Virus record (IMG/VR): IMGVR_UViG_3300030102_003210
DNA: 31,494 nt
Strand: one strand, 5' to 3'
DNA from: an uncultured virus (IMG/VR IMGVR_UViG_3300030102_003210)
Taxonomy: Duplodnaviria; Heunggongvirae; Uroviricota; Caudoviricetes
Shown: in pieces, positions 17,575 to 25,664 of the stretch
How the letters are laid out: each line of letters starts with the position of its first letter
How positions within the stretch are numbered: position 1 is the first letter of the stretch
The notes under the pieces: generated by a model
Databases searched by the model: none
What the model saw: only the letters and a program-made list of their open reading frames with translations
What the model was told of the DNA's origin: nothing
Program-made: the position numbers and the translations under genes

Positions 17575-18338
17575 GCCAAAACCACAAGAGAACCGTTGAG
17601 ATAGCATACCCTTTCGGGTTTGATAGCAGTGAGAAGGAACTTCTCAACCTTGAGTTGTTCAAGCACAAAATAGTCAACTTGGATAAGTGGGACACTGAGA
17701 TACCCTCCTATGAGCCAACGGAGTATGTTGAGACATCTTCCGTCTATCATGTCGATGTTCACAAGGATGAAGATGGCGAGTTCCAACTTTCGTTCAAGTA
17801 CAGAAGTGATGCTAGAGATGTCATCAGGCAATTGAGAACCATGATGATTTCTTGCACTGATGAAGACTTGATTGAAGAGGTAAACATCAACATCACCAAG
17901 ATTCGGGAACCGCAGTGGAGGGGAAGCACCATTCTTTTCTTGGATGCACCACATCACCTTGGTTCCTACTCTCGAAAGTTCCACATTGTCTCTGAGAACG
18001 AAGTAGGAGAAGCCAATGTCAAACTGTATGTCGATTTTACAGCATACGGATACAGCAGCACACTAACATTCACTGCTGAATGGGACACTGAGAGGGTTCA
18101 GAAAGCCAATGTTATCGAACAACACTTGGTTGACTTGCCTACCCCAATGATGGGGAAGATACAGTCTATCTTTGAGAGCGTATTCTACTCAGAGATGTTC
18201 AACAAGCCAACAGACGAACCAATAATCTCATGCAAGTTCGATGTAGTGTCACAACACTCATCAGAATGCAAGCCTTCAGTTATCGAGATGCTGAAGGAAG
18301 CGAGAGACAACGCCTCTTCTTCAGATAAGGAAGAGTGA
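17571..18338 (+). CDS. Hypothetical protein (cassette 5)
   Basis: 255 aa; ATGA coupling. Confidence 0.8.
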   Translation: MSQNHKRTVEIAYPFGFDSSEKELLNLELFKHKIVNLDKWDTEIPSYEPTEYVETSSVYHVDVHKDEDGEFQLSFKYRSDARDVIRQLRTMMISCTDEDLIEEVNINITKIREPQWRGSTILFLDAPHHLGSYSRKFHIVSENEVGEANVKLYVDFTAYGYSSTLTFTAEWDTERVQKANVIEQHLVDLPTPMMGKIQSIFESVFYSEMFNKPTDEPIISCKFDVVSQHSSECKPSVIEMLKEARDNASSSDKEE

Positions 18339-18580
18339 ACCTAGCCTTTCCTGAGCAATGAAACCAAACTGCTCACTAACACTCCACCCCTTAAGGGAAA
18401 TCTTGGGGATGATGGACATGCATCTTTTTGATATTGATTCTTCGCACAACGTCATAAGTCGTAGATGAAGCCGGAATATACTCTACGCCATCATCAGTTC
18501 TACTGTCCGTTTTGAATGCAACCTTCTCTACAAAAAGTGCCTCTGTCCTGACTTCTCGGGGTTCTGTAACAAAGTACCTT

Positions 18581-18590
18581 ACCATATGGT
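18581..18590. repeat. ACCATATGGT palindrome, copy 6
   Basis: Exact match, inside a 34-bp imperfect palindrome ACAAAGT...ACTTTGT (18569-18602). Confidence 0.9.
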
Positions 18591-18640
18591 AAGCAACTTT
18601 GTCAGTCTACCACATATATAGTTGAAATTGACTGTCTAGT

Positions 18641-18904
18641 ATGACAGAAACAAGACAACGACTGATAACCAAGTTTGGGAATCCAGCAAGAGACCAGTTC
18701 AGGGTATTCAATGAGGAAGGGCAGCATTTTCTTTCATATGAAAGGAAAATTGCGACTATTGACGGCGATAAAGTGATTTTGTATAATCCATATTGGGACA
18801 TGTATAGTTCAACGACTAATTATTATCTTCTTCAGTTCTTGAACGAGACCTCCATCCGAGATATTCGGGAGAAAGTGGCCGGAGGTGAATATAGTGTTCT
18901 TTGA
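18641..18904 (+). CDS. Hypothetical protein (cassette 6)
   Basis: 87 aa; FLSY...IA...YWDMYSSTTNYY...FL; TATATA-GTTGAAA upstream. Confidence 0.75.
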   Translation: MTETRQRLITKFGNPARDQFRVFNEEGQHFLSYERKIATIDGDKVILYNPYWDMYSSTTNYYLLQFLNETSIRDIREKVAGGEYSVL

Positions 18905-18994
18905 TGATGACTGTTAAACAAATCAACCCGCTAATTATGAAAAAATGGTCAGAATAATACGAAATATGCGTTCAGACTGATTAATTAGTAAGAT

Positions 18995-19038
18995 GGAGGG
19001 GGGGAAGCCCCGAATTGAAGCCACGCTTCCCCTCTTCC
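18995..19038 (+). terminator. 14-bp hairpin after the cassette 6 gene
   Basis: GGAGGGGGGGAAGC/GCTTCCCCTCTTCC, two G-U pairs on the plus strand. Confidence 0.45.
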
Positions 19039-19072
19039 TAACCTTCGGGGTTTAACTGGCAAAGCCGCTCCC

Positions 19073-19108
19073 ACCATATGATTGTAAATCATTTTTTACA
19101 ACCATATG
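19073..19108. repeat. Two degenerate ACCATATG copies closing the array
   Basis: ACCATATG at 19073 and 19101, separated by a TGTAAA/TTTACA inverted repeat. Confidence 0.7.
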
Positions 19109-19469
19109 CAAATTTTTTTTTGACTTTTTTGTTGGCGTTAACTTTCTTGTAAAAACAAAAAAAATGTTGTTAAAACATGGTGTAGAAACTACACTACTAT
19201 AAACCGACAACATTTCAGCATTCTTTGTGTCAGATTCCAAGGAAAACATTGAGGTGAAAAAATCGCCCTCAAATACTTCCTTCAAGATACTTCTGAACAA
19301 TGAAACTTCTAACTTTGAGTTATTCGTGAACAACATCTATTTTTATTCTGGGAATGCAAAAAAAGAAGCCAAAAAAAATTTGCTAGTGCCAAAAAAATTC
19401 CAGTCCAATTTTTGAAAAGTAAGTGGTGAAATATATATTGTCCGAGTTAATTACAGAGAAGGGGGTCCA

Positions 19470-19559
19470 ATGATGTGCAAGTATGATGGGTGTGAGATGT
19501 GGACGAGTGATTTGGATGATATGTGCTTTTACCATAGGATGTGGGGTGATGATGAATGA
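19470..19559 (+). CDS. 29-aa Cys/His microprotein
   Basis: MMCKYDGCEMWTSDLDDMCFYHRMWGDDE; first of an ATGA-coupled chain. Confidence 0.55.
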   Translation: MMCKYDGCEMWTSDLDDMCFYHRMWGDDE

Positions 19560-19633
19560 GTAAAACGAACAGTGCGATGTTCTTGAGATGTCTGGAAGAG
19601 ATGTTCAAAGAGTGGGATGATGAATCTGAATGA
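19556..19633 (+). CDS. 25-aa microprotein
   Basis: MSKTNSAMFLRCLEEMFKEWDDESE; GGGGTGA RBS; ATGA overlaps. Confidence 0.5.
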   Translation: MSKTNSAMFLRCLEEMFKEWDDESE

Positions 19634-19686
19634 TTATATGGGAATTTATTCACGGTCTTTGGTGTTGGGGTAGACTTAGATTATGA
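19630..19686 (+). CDS. 18-aa microprotein
   Basis: MIIWEFIHGLWCWGRLRL; ATGA overlaps on both sides. Confidence 0.4.
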   Translation: MIIWEFIHGLWCWGRLRL

Positions 19687-19787
19687 AAACCCATTTTGAA
19701 GGCGTATGTCTGGTTTGTGAGTGGATAAGGACTATCGAATGGTCAAGACAGGGTTGCTTCTGTCAGTTATGCGGTGAGTATGTATGA
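19683..19787 (+). CDS. 34-aa zinc-ribbon microprotein
   Basis: MKTHFEGVCLVCEW...CFCQLCGEYV; ATGA overlaps. Confidence 0.6.
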   Translation: MKTHFEGVCLVCEWIRTIEWSRQGCFCQLCGEYV

Positions 19788-20095
19788 GTTGGTTCGATAC
19801 TGTGAAGGCTCCTAGGATACCGAGGAAGAAGGGACAGAGGAGAAACTCAAAGAAGCATTCTGACTTGTATACCGATGAGAATCCAAAGGGAACGATTCAC
19901 GGTTTGGGGTTCAAGGATGAGGAAAAGTCTAGGAAGTCCGTTTCCAAGATAAGGAATAGTAACAGGAGCCATGCGCATAAGATACAAGCAGCATTGGCGA
20001 TGGAGCAGAGAGCAAGAGTGATGGGTAAGAAAAAGGAAGCAGGAATATTTAGGGACTTCATAGAAGGACAACAGAAGAAGAGGGGTAAAGAATGA
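19784..20095 (+). CDS. Basic MSW-tag protein
   Basis: MSWFDTVK; HSDLYTDENPKGTIHGLGFKD. Confidence 0.8.
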   Translation: MSWFDTVKAPRIPRKKGQRRNSKKHSDLYTDENPKGTIHGLGFKDEEKSRKSVSKIRNSNRSHAHKIQAALAMEQRARVMGKKKEAGIFRDFIEGQQKKRGKE

Positions 20096-20379
20096 AGCAG
20101 AGAATAATTAGAAAAATGATTTCGTTGATGGGTCGAACCTATGTTTGGTTGGATAGGAAACTAGACCATCCCGAAGGTCCAGTTCTAGGTTTGGAGATTG
20201 ATGATGACTTTGCTGCGATGAGTAGGTATGAGTTGTGTTGTCACATAGAGGATAAGTTCGGGTTAGAGAGGGATTCCTTTTGGGAGTTGGAGTCTACACA
20301 GAAGATTCGCTTTTGTAGTCAAACTGCTAGGAACATCCTGACACCTAAGAAGAAAGGTCGAAAGAAGAAATCTTCATAG
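20092..20379 (+). CDS. Hypothetical protein
   Basis: 95 aa; ATGA coupling; no MSW tag. Confidence 0.7.
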   Translation: MKQRIIRKMISLMGRTYVWLDRKLDHPEGPVLGLEIDDDFAAMSRYELCCHIEDKFGLERDSFWELESTQKIRFCSQTARNILTPKKKGRKKKSS

Positions 20380-20402
20380 AACTACACCATCTCGCATGTA
20401 GC

Positions 20403-20657
20403 ATGTCGTGGTTTGACACACTCAAGATGCACTGTGGTGGTGATACTGAGAAAATTGACGAAGACCCCGATGAAATGACTGACTTGAAGAGTCAGATTCT
20501 AAGAGAGATTGAGAAGGAGGGCGGTGCTTTGGGCATGAAGAACCTGAAGCAGTTTGCTGATGAGAAGAAACTCAAGGAAGTTCTATCGAGCATGGAGAAG
20601 GATGGAGAGTTATTCATGCACGAAGATGGAGACATCTACACACATAAGCCGAAGTGA
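20403..20657 (+). CDS. MSW-tag protein, winged-helix-like C-terminus
   Basis: MSWFDTLK; LKEVLSSMEKDGELFMHEDG. Confidence 0.75.
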   Translation: MSWFDTLKMHCGGDTEKIDEDPDEMTDLKSQILREIEKEGGALGMKNLKQFADEKKLKEVLSSMEKDGELFMHEDGDIYTHKPK

Positions 20658-20662
20658 CTGAG

Positions 20663-20965
20663 ATGAGTTGGGAATCCATAATAAAAAACGTCCGAGATAC
20701 ACCCATTGGTGATATGGAGGAAGACGAAAGAAATGCTGAACGTATCCGTAGGGAGATGGAATCAAAGGACTACGATGGTCGAGAAAGGGCTAATAGAATA
20801 ACGGCTAAGATGGCAGTGAAAGAAATAAATGAATTGAGGGACAGACTGGATAAAGTCGTTGAAGAGTGTGAGGATGGAATAAACAGAGTCATTAACAATG
20901 AGGTAGATTCGGAATACGCTGAGAAACTTCTAGAGGGTATTAGGAAGACAGCCCTAGGAAAGTGA
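20663..20965 (+). CDS. MSW-tag helical protein
   Basis: MSWESIIK. Confidence 0.75.
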   Translation: MSWESIIKNVRDTPIGDMEEDERNAERIRREMESKDYDGRERANRITAKMAVKEINELRDRLDKVVEECEDGINRVINNEVDSEYAEKLLEGIRKTALGK

Positions 20966-20970
20966 CTGAC

Positions 20971-21273
20971 ATGAGTTGGCAAAAAATCTTGAAGGAAGAC
21001 GAACCAAGTCAATCCGATTCACAACTAAGGAAAGACCTGAAGAGAATCCTATACAGTGAAGAGAGGCTCCTAAGTAAGAAAGTCATTGATGAGTTGTTGG
21101 AAACTGACAATCCAATTGAGGAAGCAATGAGTATTCTAGAAATTCACCTCAAGCAGAAGAAAGTGGGTGAATCCTCGCTTGTGCCTTACAAGGAAGTCAT
21201 GCGTGAACACAAAGACGAAGTGAAAAGACTAGAGAGTGGTATATCTAAGTTGAAGGATTTGAAGCGTGATTGA
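20971..21273 (+). CDS. MSW-tag helical protein
   Basis: MSWQKILK. Confidence 0.75.
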   Translation: MSWQKILKEDEPSQSDSQLRKDLKRILYSEERLLSKKVIDELLETDNPIEEAMSILEIHLKQKKVGESSLVPYKEVMREHKDEVKRLESGISKLKDLKRD

Positions 21274-21274
21274 C

Positions 21275-21628
21275 ATGAGTTGGCAAGACAGCATAAGGAA
21301 AGAGAAGTTCCAAGGACCAAAGCGGGAAGGTGCAGACTTCACGCCTAGCAAGTTCGATTTGGGTTTGGGCTTCAAGCAGATAAATTACAATATAGACAAT
21401 ATTATGGAAACTGTTGAAAGAGCGATGGACGCAGATGCTCAGGTTGTCAAGTCCATGTTGAAATCGATACGACGGTATGCTGAAGAGGCAAAGAGAGCGA
21501 TAGACGAAGTAGACGAGAAGATGCTAGAGTCAGCAAAGTATTCTAAAAGGCGGGATAGTGACTATGTTCATATCGAAGGTGCGAAGTACCGAAACCGAGA
21601 TGGTTCGTTGACGTTTGGGGGTGATTGA
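21275..21628 (+). CDS. MSW-tag protein
   Basis: MSWQDSIRK. Confidence 0.75.
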   Translation: MSWQDSIRKEKFQGPKREGADFTPSKFDLGLGFKQINYNIDNIMETVERAMDADAQVVKSMLKSIRRYAEEAKRAIDEVDEKMLESAKYSKRRDSDYVHIEGAKYRNRDGSLTFGGD

Positions 21629-21629
21629 T

Positions 21630-22082
21630 ATGAGTTGGGAAGACGTATTGAAAGTGCAATTGAGAAAGCCTTCTTCTATGCAAGGTGCTAATACTCAAGC
21701 GATAAACAGATTCTATGATAACCAGATGAATCGTGATATTCAGGCTTACGTTGATGGAACGCAGAGAGAAGGTAAGATTCCCAACTTCTCTATTATGGTT
21801 AACACGAAGCAGCCTAATTCTGGTATGAAGCGTGGTAGGCTTGGTGCAACCTATATTATTGGCAACGAGGACTATGTTGCTATGGGTAGCCCGAACCCCG
21901 AGAGGATATATGAGACTCTAAGCCCTAAGTTTAGGCAAAGTGGTTTTGAACCAGAGAGAGGACTTAGGGGCGGAATAGCAATCAAGGTTCCGAAGGAACA
22001 GCGTAAGGACATACGGCAGAGAAATCCGGGTATGATGGGGAGAGCGTATAGGACACTTCAGTCGAGACTACCCGGTAGGTAG
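21630..22082 (+). CDS. Basic MSW-tag protein
   Basis: MSWEDVLK; GGTGA RBS. Confidence 0.75.
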   Translation: MSWEDVLKVQLRKPSSMQGANTQAINRFYDNQMNRDIQAYVDGTQREGKIPNFSIMVNTKQPNSGMKRGRLGATYIIGNEDYVAMGSPNPERIYETLSPKFRQSGFEPERGLRGGIAIKVPKEQRKDIRQRNPGMMGRAYRTLQSRLPGR

Positions 22083-22128
22083 TTTTGGAAATGTCTTTAG
22101 TCCAAGGTGTGTTGTGGAGGTTCAGGTT

Positions 22129-22344
22129 GTGTCATCTCCATACGAATCATCATGGTTTAATTTATTGCGAGCGGAGGGCGCAGTTCTGACAACCTCCCCC
22201 GGTAGCGTAGACGCAGAAACAGGGATGACAGCACTATTTGGAAGGAAATTTGGCACAAAGAGGAGGAGGAAGAAACGTGGCAAAGAGACTAAAGAAAAAT
22301 CAAATCAAAGTCACGATAGGCGACGATATGGTGATATACTCTGA
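22129..22344 (+). CDS. Small basic protein with a tag-like motif near the N-terminus
   Basis: GGAGG RBS then GTG 22129; SSWFNLLR; KRRRKKR. Confidence 0.55.
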   Translation: MSSPYESSWFNLLRAEGAVLTTSPGSVDAETGMTALFGRKFGTKRRRKKRGKETKEKSNQSHDRRRYGDIL

Positions 22345-23419
22345 AAAAGGCGTAGTTCCTTGGTCTGAGTACATATCAGAGTGGAAGACGGCTGCTGGAA
22401 AGTCACTTCCTGCTGGCTCGGGTTCACCCACAGTCCTATCGTGGATTGGAAACATGGGGAATATAGGTAGGAAGAAGGGTAGGTCAAAGAAAGGGGATGA
22501 AGACAACTTCGATGCCAAGGCTCCCATTCCTAAATACTTGGAGTTGGCTGATGCCATAGGGACGAAGAAGAACCTCTCTGAGGAACAGTTCGATGCAGTT
22601 AAGAACCTCAAGGAGTACCTTGAGAACAACGATAACGAGAATAGTAAAATCAACCCACAGAACATATCGTTCAGGTCGGTTGCGGATTTTGAGGAAGACG
22701 AAGAGGGCAGGGGTTTCCCTACTTCGTTCAAGACTATGTACGGTGACTACCGAACACCTCAGTATAGGGAATTCAGAAATGAGTATAGGGAAGGAAACGT
22801 TGAGAATGTTCCTAGTGATTGGTACGATGAAAATCCAAGGAAGGCCAATCCGCCAGTTTATCAGGCACTTTGGGGAACTCTTGGGACATCTTGGTTCGGG
22901 TCGAAGAGCCTTCTGCAAATCTGCAAGGAGTATGAAGAGCAGGAGTTGACAGAGTTACCGTTCAAGCCGACTAGAGAAAAACCGTTGAAGGTTGGTGGAA
23001 ACGGAACTGCCGAGTTCTTGATGAACAATGTTCCGGGATTCAGGAAGTTCGTACTGGAAACCGTTCAGAACACCAGCCAGTATCGCTTGAAGAATGGGAA
23101 CTACAGGTCAAAGAGGGCAATGAACATGCTAAGGAAAAATCCAACCGCCTTCCCACTTACTGATGACCAGTCAGACAAGGTTATGCAGCATCTGAAAACC
23201 AAAAGGCTCTATGATTTGAGTGGAATATTCTTGGATGTCAATTGGAGGCAGATGGAACATGCTGCCAAGATGCTTCCTGAGTACAAGCGTCTCAACTACG
23301 GAGTGTCGGATTCTGAAGTAGAGAAGAAATCTAAGGTTTCTGAGGATGGAGTTAAAAAATCACAAGAGAAATCCCCTGTTTCTATAAGTTGGAAGGAAAT
23401 CATGAAGGTGAGGACATGA
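22277..23419 (+). CDS. Hypothetical protein with a C-terminal tag-like motif
   Basis: GGAGGAGG RBS before GTG 22277; ends ISWKEIMKVRT. Confidence 0.8.
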   Translation: MAKRLKKNQIKVTIGDDMVIYSEKGVVPWSEYISEWKTAAGKSLPAGSGSPTVLSWIGNMGNIGRKKGRSKKGDEDNFDAKAPIPKYLELADAIGTKKNLSEEQFDAVKNLKEYLENNDNENSKINPQNISFRSVADFEEDEEGRGFPTSFKTMYGDYRTPQYREFRNEYREGNVENVPSDWYDENPRKANPPVYQALWGTLGTSWFGSKSLLQICKEYEEQELTELPFKPTREKPLKVGGNGTAEFLMNNVPGFRKFVLETVQNTSQYRLKNGNYRSKRAMNMLRKNPTAFPLTDDQSDKVMQHLKTKRLYDLSGIFLDVNWRQMEHAAKMLPEYKRLNYGVSDSEVEKKSKVSEDGVKKSQEKSPVSISWKEIMKVRT

Positions 23420-23510
23420 GGTGTAGAGGATTGAGTGAGGTTAATATGAAGAACATGGCGGGTGGATTTATTTGCCCGTATTGTTTTACGAATTGTGCGA
23501 GATGAATGGG

Positions 23511-23882
23511 ATGAGTTGGAAAAATATTCTGAAAGAAGAAATGAATATCGAAGATAATGATATTTTTGATAAGTTTGTGGAAGACTTAACAGATAGACTA
23601 ATTGATAGAGAATTAAAAGACCATTTAAGAAGACCAAAGCCCGACGACCCCATAGAGTTCAGAGAGCAATATAAAAATCACGAAACTGCTCTCAAAGAAG
23701 TTTTGTATGATGATTTATTTACCAATATTGGAAACAGATTAGGAAAGGCAATAGAAGAAGTAGTTTTTGAAAAGGGAACAATAGATTATGATGATAATCT
23801 TTCCTCATCGGGCATACTCGTTTTAATTGAAGCGATAGATAAAAATGAGAAAGAATTAGAATCTAGAAATTTAGAATGGTAG
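23511..23882 (+). CDS. Acidic MSW-tag protein (AT-rich gene)
   Basis: MSWKNILKEEM. Confidence 0.75.
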   Translation: MSWKNILKEEMNIEDNDIFDKFVEDLTDRLIDRELKDHLRRPKPDDPIEFREQYKNHETALKEVLYDDLFTNIGNRLGKAIEEVVFEKGTIDYDDNLSSSGILVLIEAIDKNEKELESRNLEW

Positions 23883-23895
23883 AAGGGTGATTAAT

Positions 23896-24213
23896 GTGAG
23901 TTGGAAAGAAATACTGAAAGAAGATAGAATAGCCAAGGCAACACTTGAGGTTGACCCTGAAACGGGAATAAGATACAAGAAGTGGGATGGTCAAGGAAGA
24001 CCACCGATTAATTCACTACTAGAGGAAGGAAAGGGACTAGGAAAGGACGTAACTGGTTGGGACTATGTTGTTGAACAAGCAGGAAGGAGACCCGGACAGG
24101 GAGTATTGGGTTATGATAGCAGTGGATTCAAACATAACACGATGGGTCATCAACCGTATACTCACAAGGGAAGACACTTCTGTTTAGCATGTCAAATTGA
24201 GTTTAGGGGTTGA
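23896..24213 (+). CDS. MSW-tag protein with a C-terminal H/C zinc motif
   Basis: GTG-start (M)SWKEILK; GGTGA RBS; HFCLAC. Confidence 0.7.
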   Translation: MSWKEILKEDRIAKATLEVDPETGIRYKKWDGQGRPPINSLLEEGKGLGKDVTGWDYVVEQAGRRPGQGVLGYDSSGFKHNTMGHQPYTHKGRHFCLACQIEFRG

Positions 24214-24217
24214 TAAA

Positions 24218-24397
24218 ATGAGTTGGGAAGATATTCTGAAAGAAGAGATGACTGAGGAAGAGAGAAAAAGGTACATGAAAAAACTGGCAGAGACATCTGC
24301 TGCTTTCGAGAGGTACAAGAAGGAACTAGCGGGAACCCCTGAAGCATTCAAACCCGGAGAGAGCCTAGAGGACCATCAGAAGAGATTTGGATACTAG
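24218..24397 (+). CDS. Small MSW-tag protein
   Basis: MSWEDILKEEM. Confidence 0.7.
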   Translation: MSWEDILKEEMTEEERKRYMKKLAETSAAFERYKKELAGTPEAFKPGESLEDHQKRFGY

Positions 24398-24405
24398 GTG
24401 GGAAA

Positions 24406-25062
24406 ATGATTACGAGAAAGCGTTGTCCTCTATGTATGCATGAGGATAGGAGTCAACTTGAGGCTGATTTGGAAGCCATGAGTTACTCAGCAGACGCTTT
24501 AGACCAGCAGATGAACTGGAAAAGTGGCACGACAGCACGACATCAGAGGAATCACATGGGAGCATATGTCGATTCTGCCAATCCAAGTTGCAAGATGTGT
24601 TCACATCCAATGAGAGCGGAGTTGGAGTCGCAGATTCACAGTGGGGAGATGAGTCCCTTGACTGCTTCACGCATAGTTGAATGCACAGAAGACCAAGTTG
24701 TCCGTCATGTGGATAAACATCTTAAGCCAATCGTGCAGAAATCTGCTGCGAACATGATTGCAAAGAAAGAAATCGATGAGATTGAGACTTTGAGTGCAAA
24801 CGTGCAGAGATTGGAGCAAAAAATTGATACTTTATTCGGTGAAGACTCTACTGACCCGAAATATATCGACTCGTTGACTAAGTTGGCAAAGGAGGTTCGT
24901 GAGTCTCTGAAGTATTTGCTAGAGTTCAAGGGCAAATTGGTGCATAAGAGGCAAGACACTATCATCGTTCATCAGATGCAGGTCATCAAGGAGGTTCTAG
25001 CACAGAACCATCCTGATGTTTGGTTGGATGTCAGAAGCAAGATGGAGGAGAAGTTGCAATGA
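24406..25062 (+). CDS. Tandem Zn-HTH protein with a coiled coil; candidate terminase small subunit
   Basis: Two repeats of CxxCxH..R..LE...RHxxxH followed by a helical oligomerisation-like region; upstream of terL. Confidence 0.5.
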   Translation: MITRKRCPLCMHEDRSQLEADLEAMSYSADALDQQMNWKSGTTARHQRNHMGAYVDSANPSCKMCSHPMRAELESQIHSGEMSPLTASRIVECTEDQVVRHVDKHLKPIVQKSAANMIAKKEIDEIETLSANVQRLEQKIDTLFGEDSTDPKYIDSLTKLAKEVRESLKYLLEFKGKLVHKRQDTIIVHQMQVIKEVLAQNHPDVWLDVRSKMEEKLQ

Positions 25063-25355
25063 GTTGGATGGCGGTTCTTAAGGAAGAAGACCTTGAAATT
25101 TTTTGGGATTCAAAAGATGGAAAGGCAAGTGCAGAAGTTTTCTATGCAGGTTATTGGGGAATTTTGTCTTTTCATCATGATGGAGAAGAAAGAAAGGGAT
25201 TGGGAGAAAAATACCTAAGAGAACTGGTTGAACACTTGCTTTCAATAAAGGATGCAGACATAGAGGCCGATGGAACTTTACCCAATGTAGATGGGTTTTG
25301 GGATAAAATGCTAGAGAAAGATATTATTGATTCAATTAGAAGAAGAGGACAGTAG
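25059..25355 (+). CDS. MSW-tag minimal GNAT-like protein
   Basis: MSWMAVLK; ERKGLGEKYLRELV (motif A-like); GFWDKM. Confidence 0.6.
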   Translation: MSWMAVLKEEDLEIFWDSKDGKASAEVFYAGYWGILSFHHDGEERKGLGEKYLRELVEHLLSIKDADIEADGTLPNVDGFWDKMLEKDIIDSIRRRGQ

Positions 25356-25366
25356 GAGAAGATGCA

Positions 25367-25663
25367 ATGAGTTGGTTTGATGTTTTGAAATATTTCCCAA
25401 GTGCAAGGGCTGAAGACCAAAATAAAAACTATAATTTGCCAACAAAAATAGAACAAAATCCTGATGGTAGTTACAAGAATCTACCGACATATCAAGAGTT
25501 TCAGGCAGAGACTAAGAGACTTCAAGATGAGGCGAGAAAGGCAGCAGCCGATGGTAATCATGAAATTGCAAGGTCATTGTCAGATTTAGCGAAATACAAC
25601 ACCCAAAGAATGCTTAACTTTTATCGCAATGGTCCTGACACATACACAAAGAGAGGAATGTAG
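25367..25663 (+). CDS. MSW-tag protein
   Basis: MSWFDVLK; GGAG RBS. Confidence 0.75.
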   Translation: MSWFDVLKYFPSARAEDQNKNYNLPTKIEQNPDGSYKNLPTYQEFQAETKRLQDEARKAAADGNHEIARSLSDLAKYNTQRMLNFYRNGPDTYTKRGM

Positions 25664-25664
25664 A

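Noticed and set aside
18480..18505. CTGATGA on the minus strand as a hammerhead ribozyme core
   Set aside because: No stem II followed by GAAA at the required position
14728..19108. ACCATATGGT repeats as a CRISPR array
   Set aside because: The repeat core is only 10 bp, spacing ranges from about 20 to 1250 nt and contains whole genes, and no cas genes are visible
19052..19415. ORFs 19052-19336 (-) and 19227-19415 (+)
   Set aside because: Low-complexity translations of A/T tracts with no RBS
23416..23505. 29-aa ORF MRCRGLSEVNMKNMAGGFICPYCFTNCAR
   Set aside because: It has an ATGA overlap and a CPYC motif, but competing frames exist and support is too weak to call
25480..25512. PTYQEFQAE resembling the T4 internal-protein targeting sequence MKTYQEFIAE
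   Set aside because: A single internal occurrence in a protein that already has the MSW tag; probably chance
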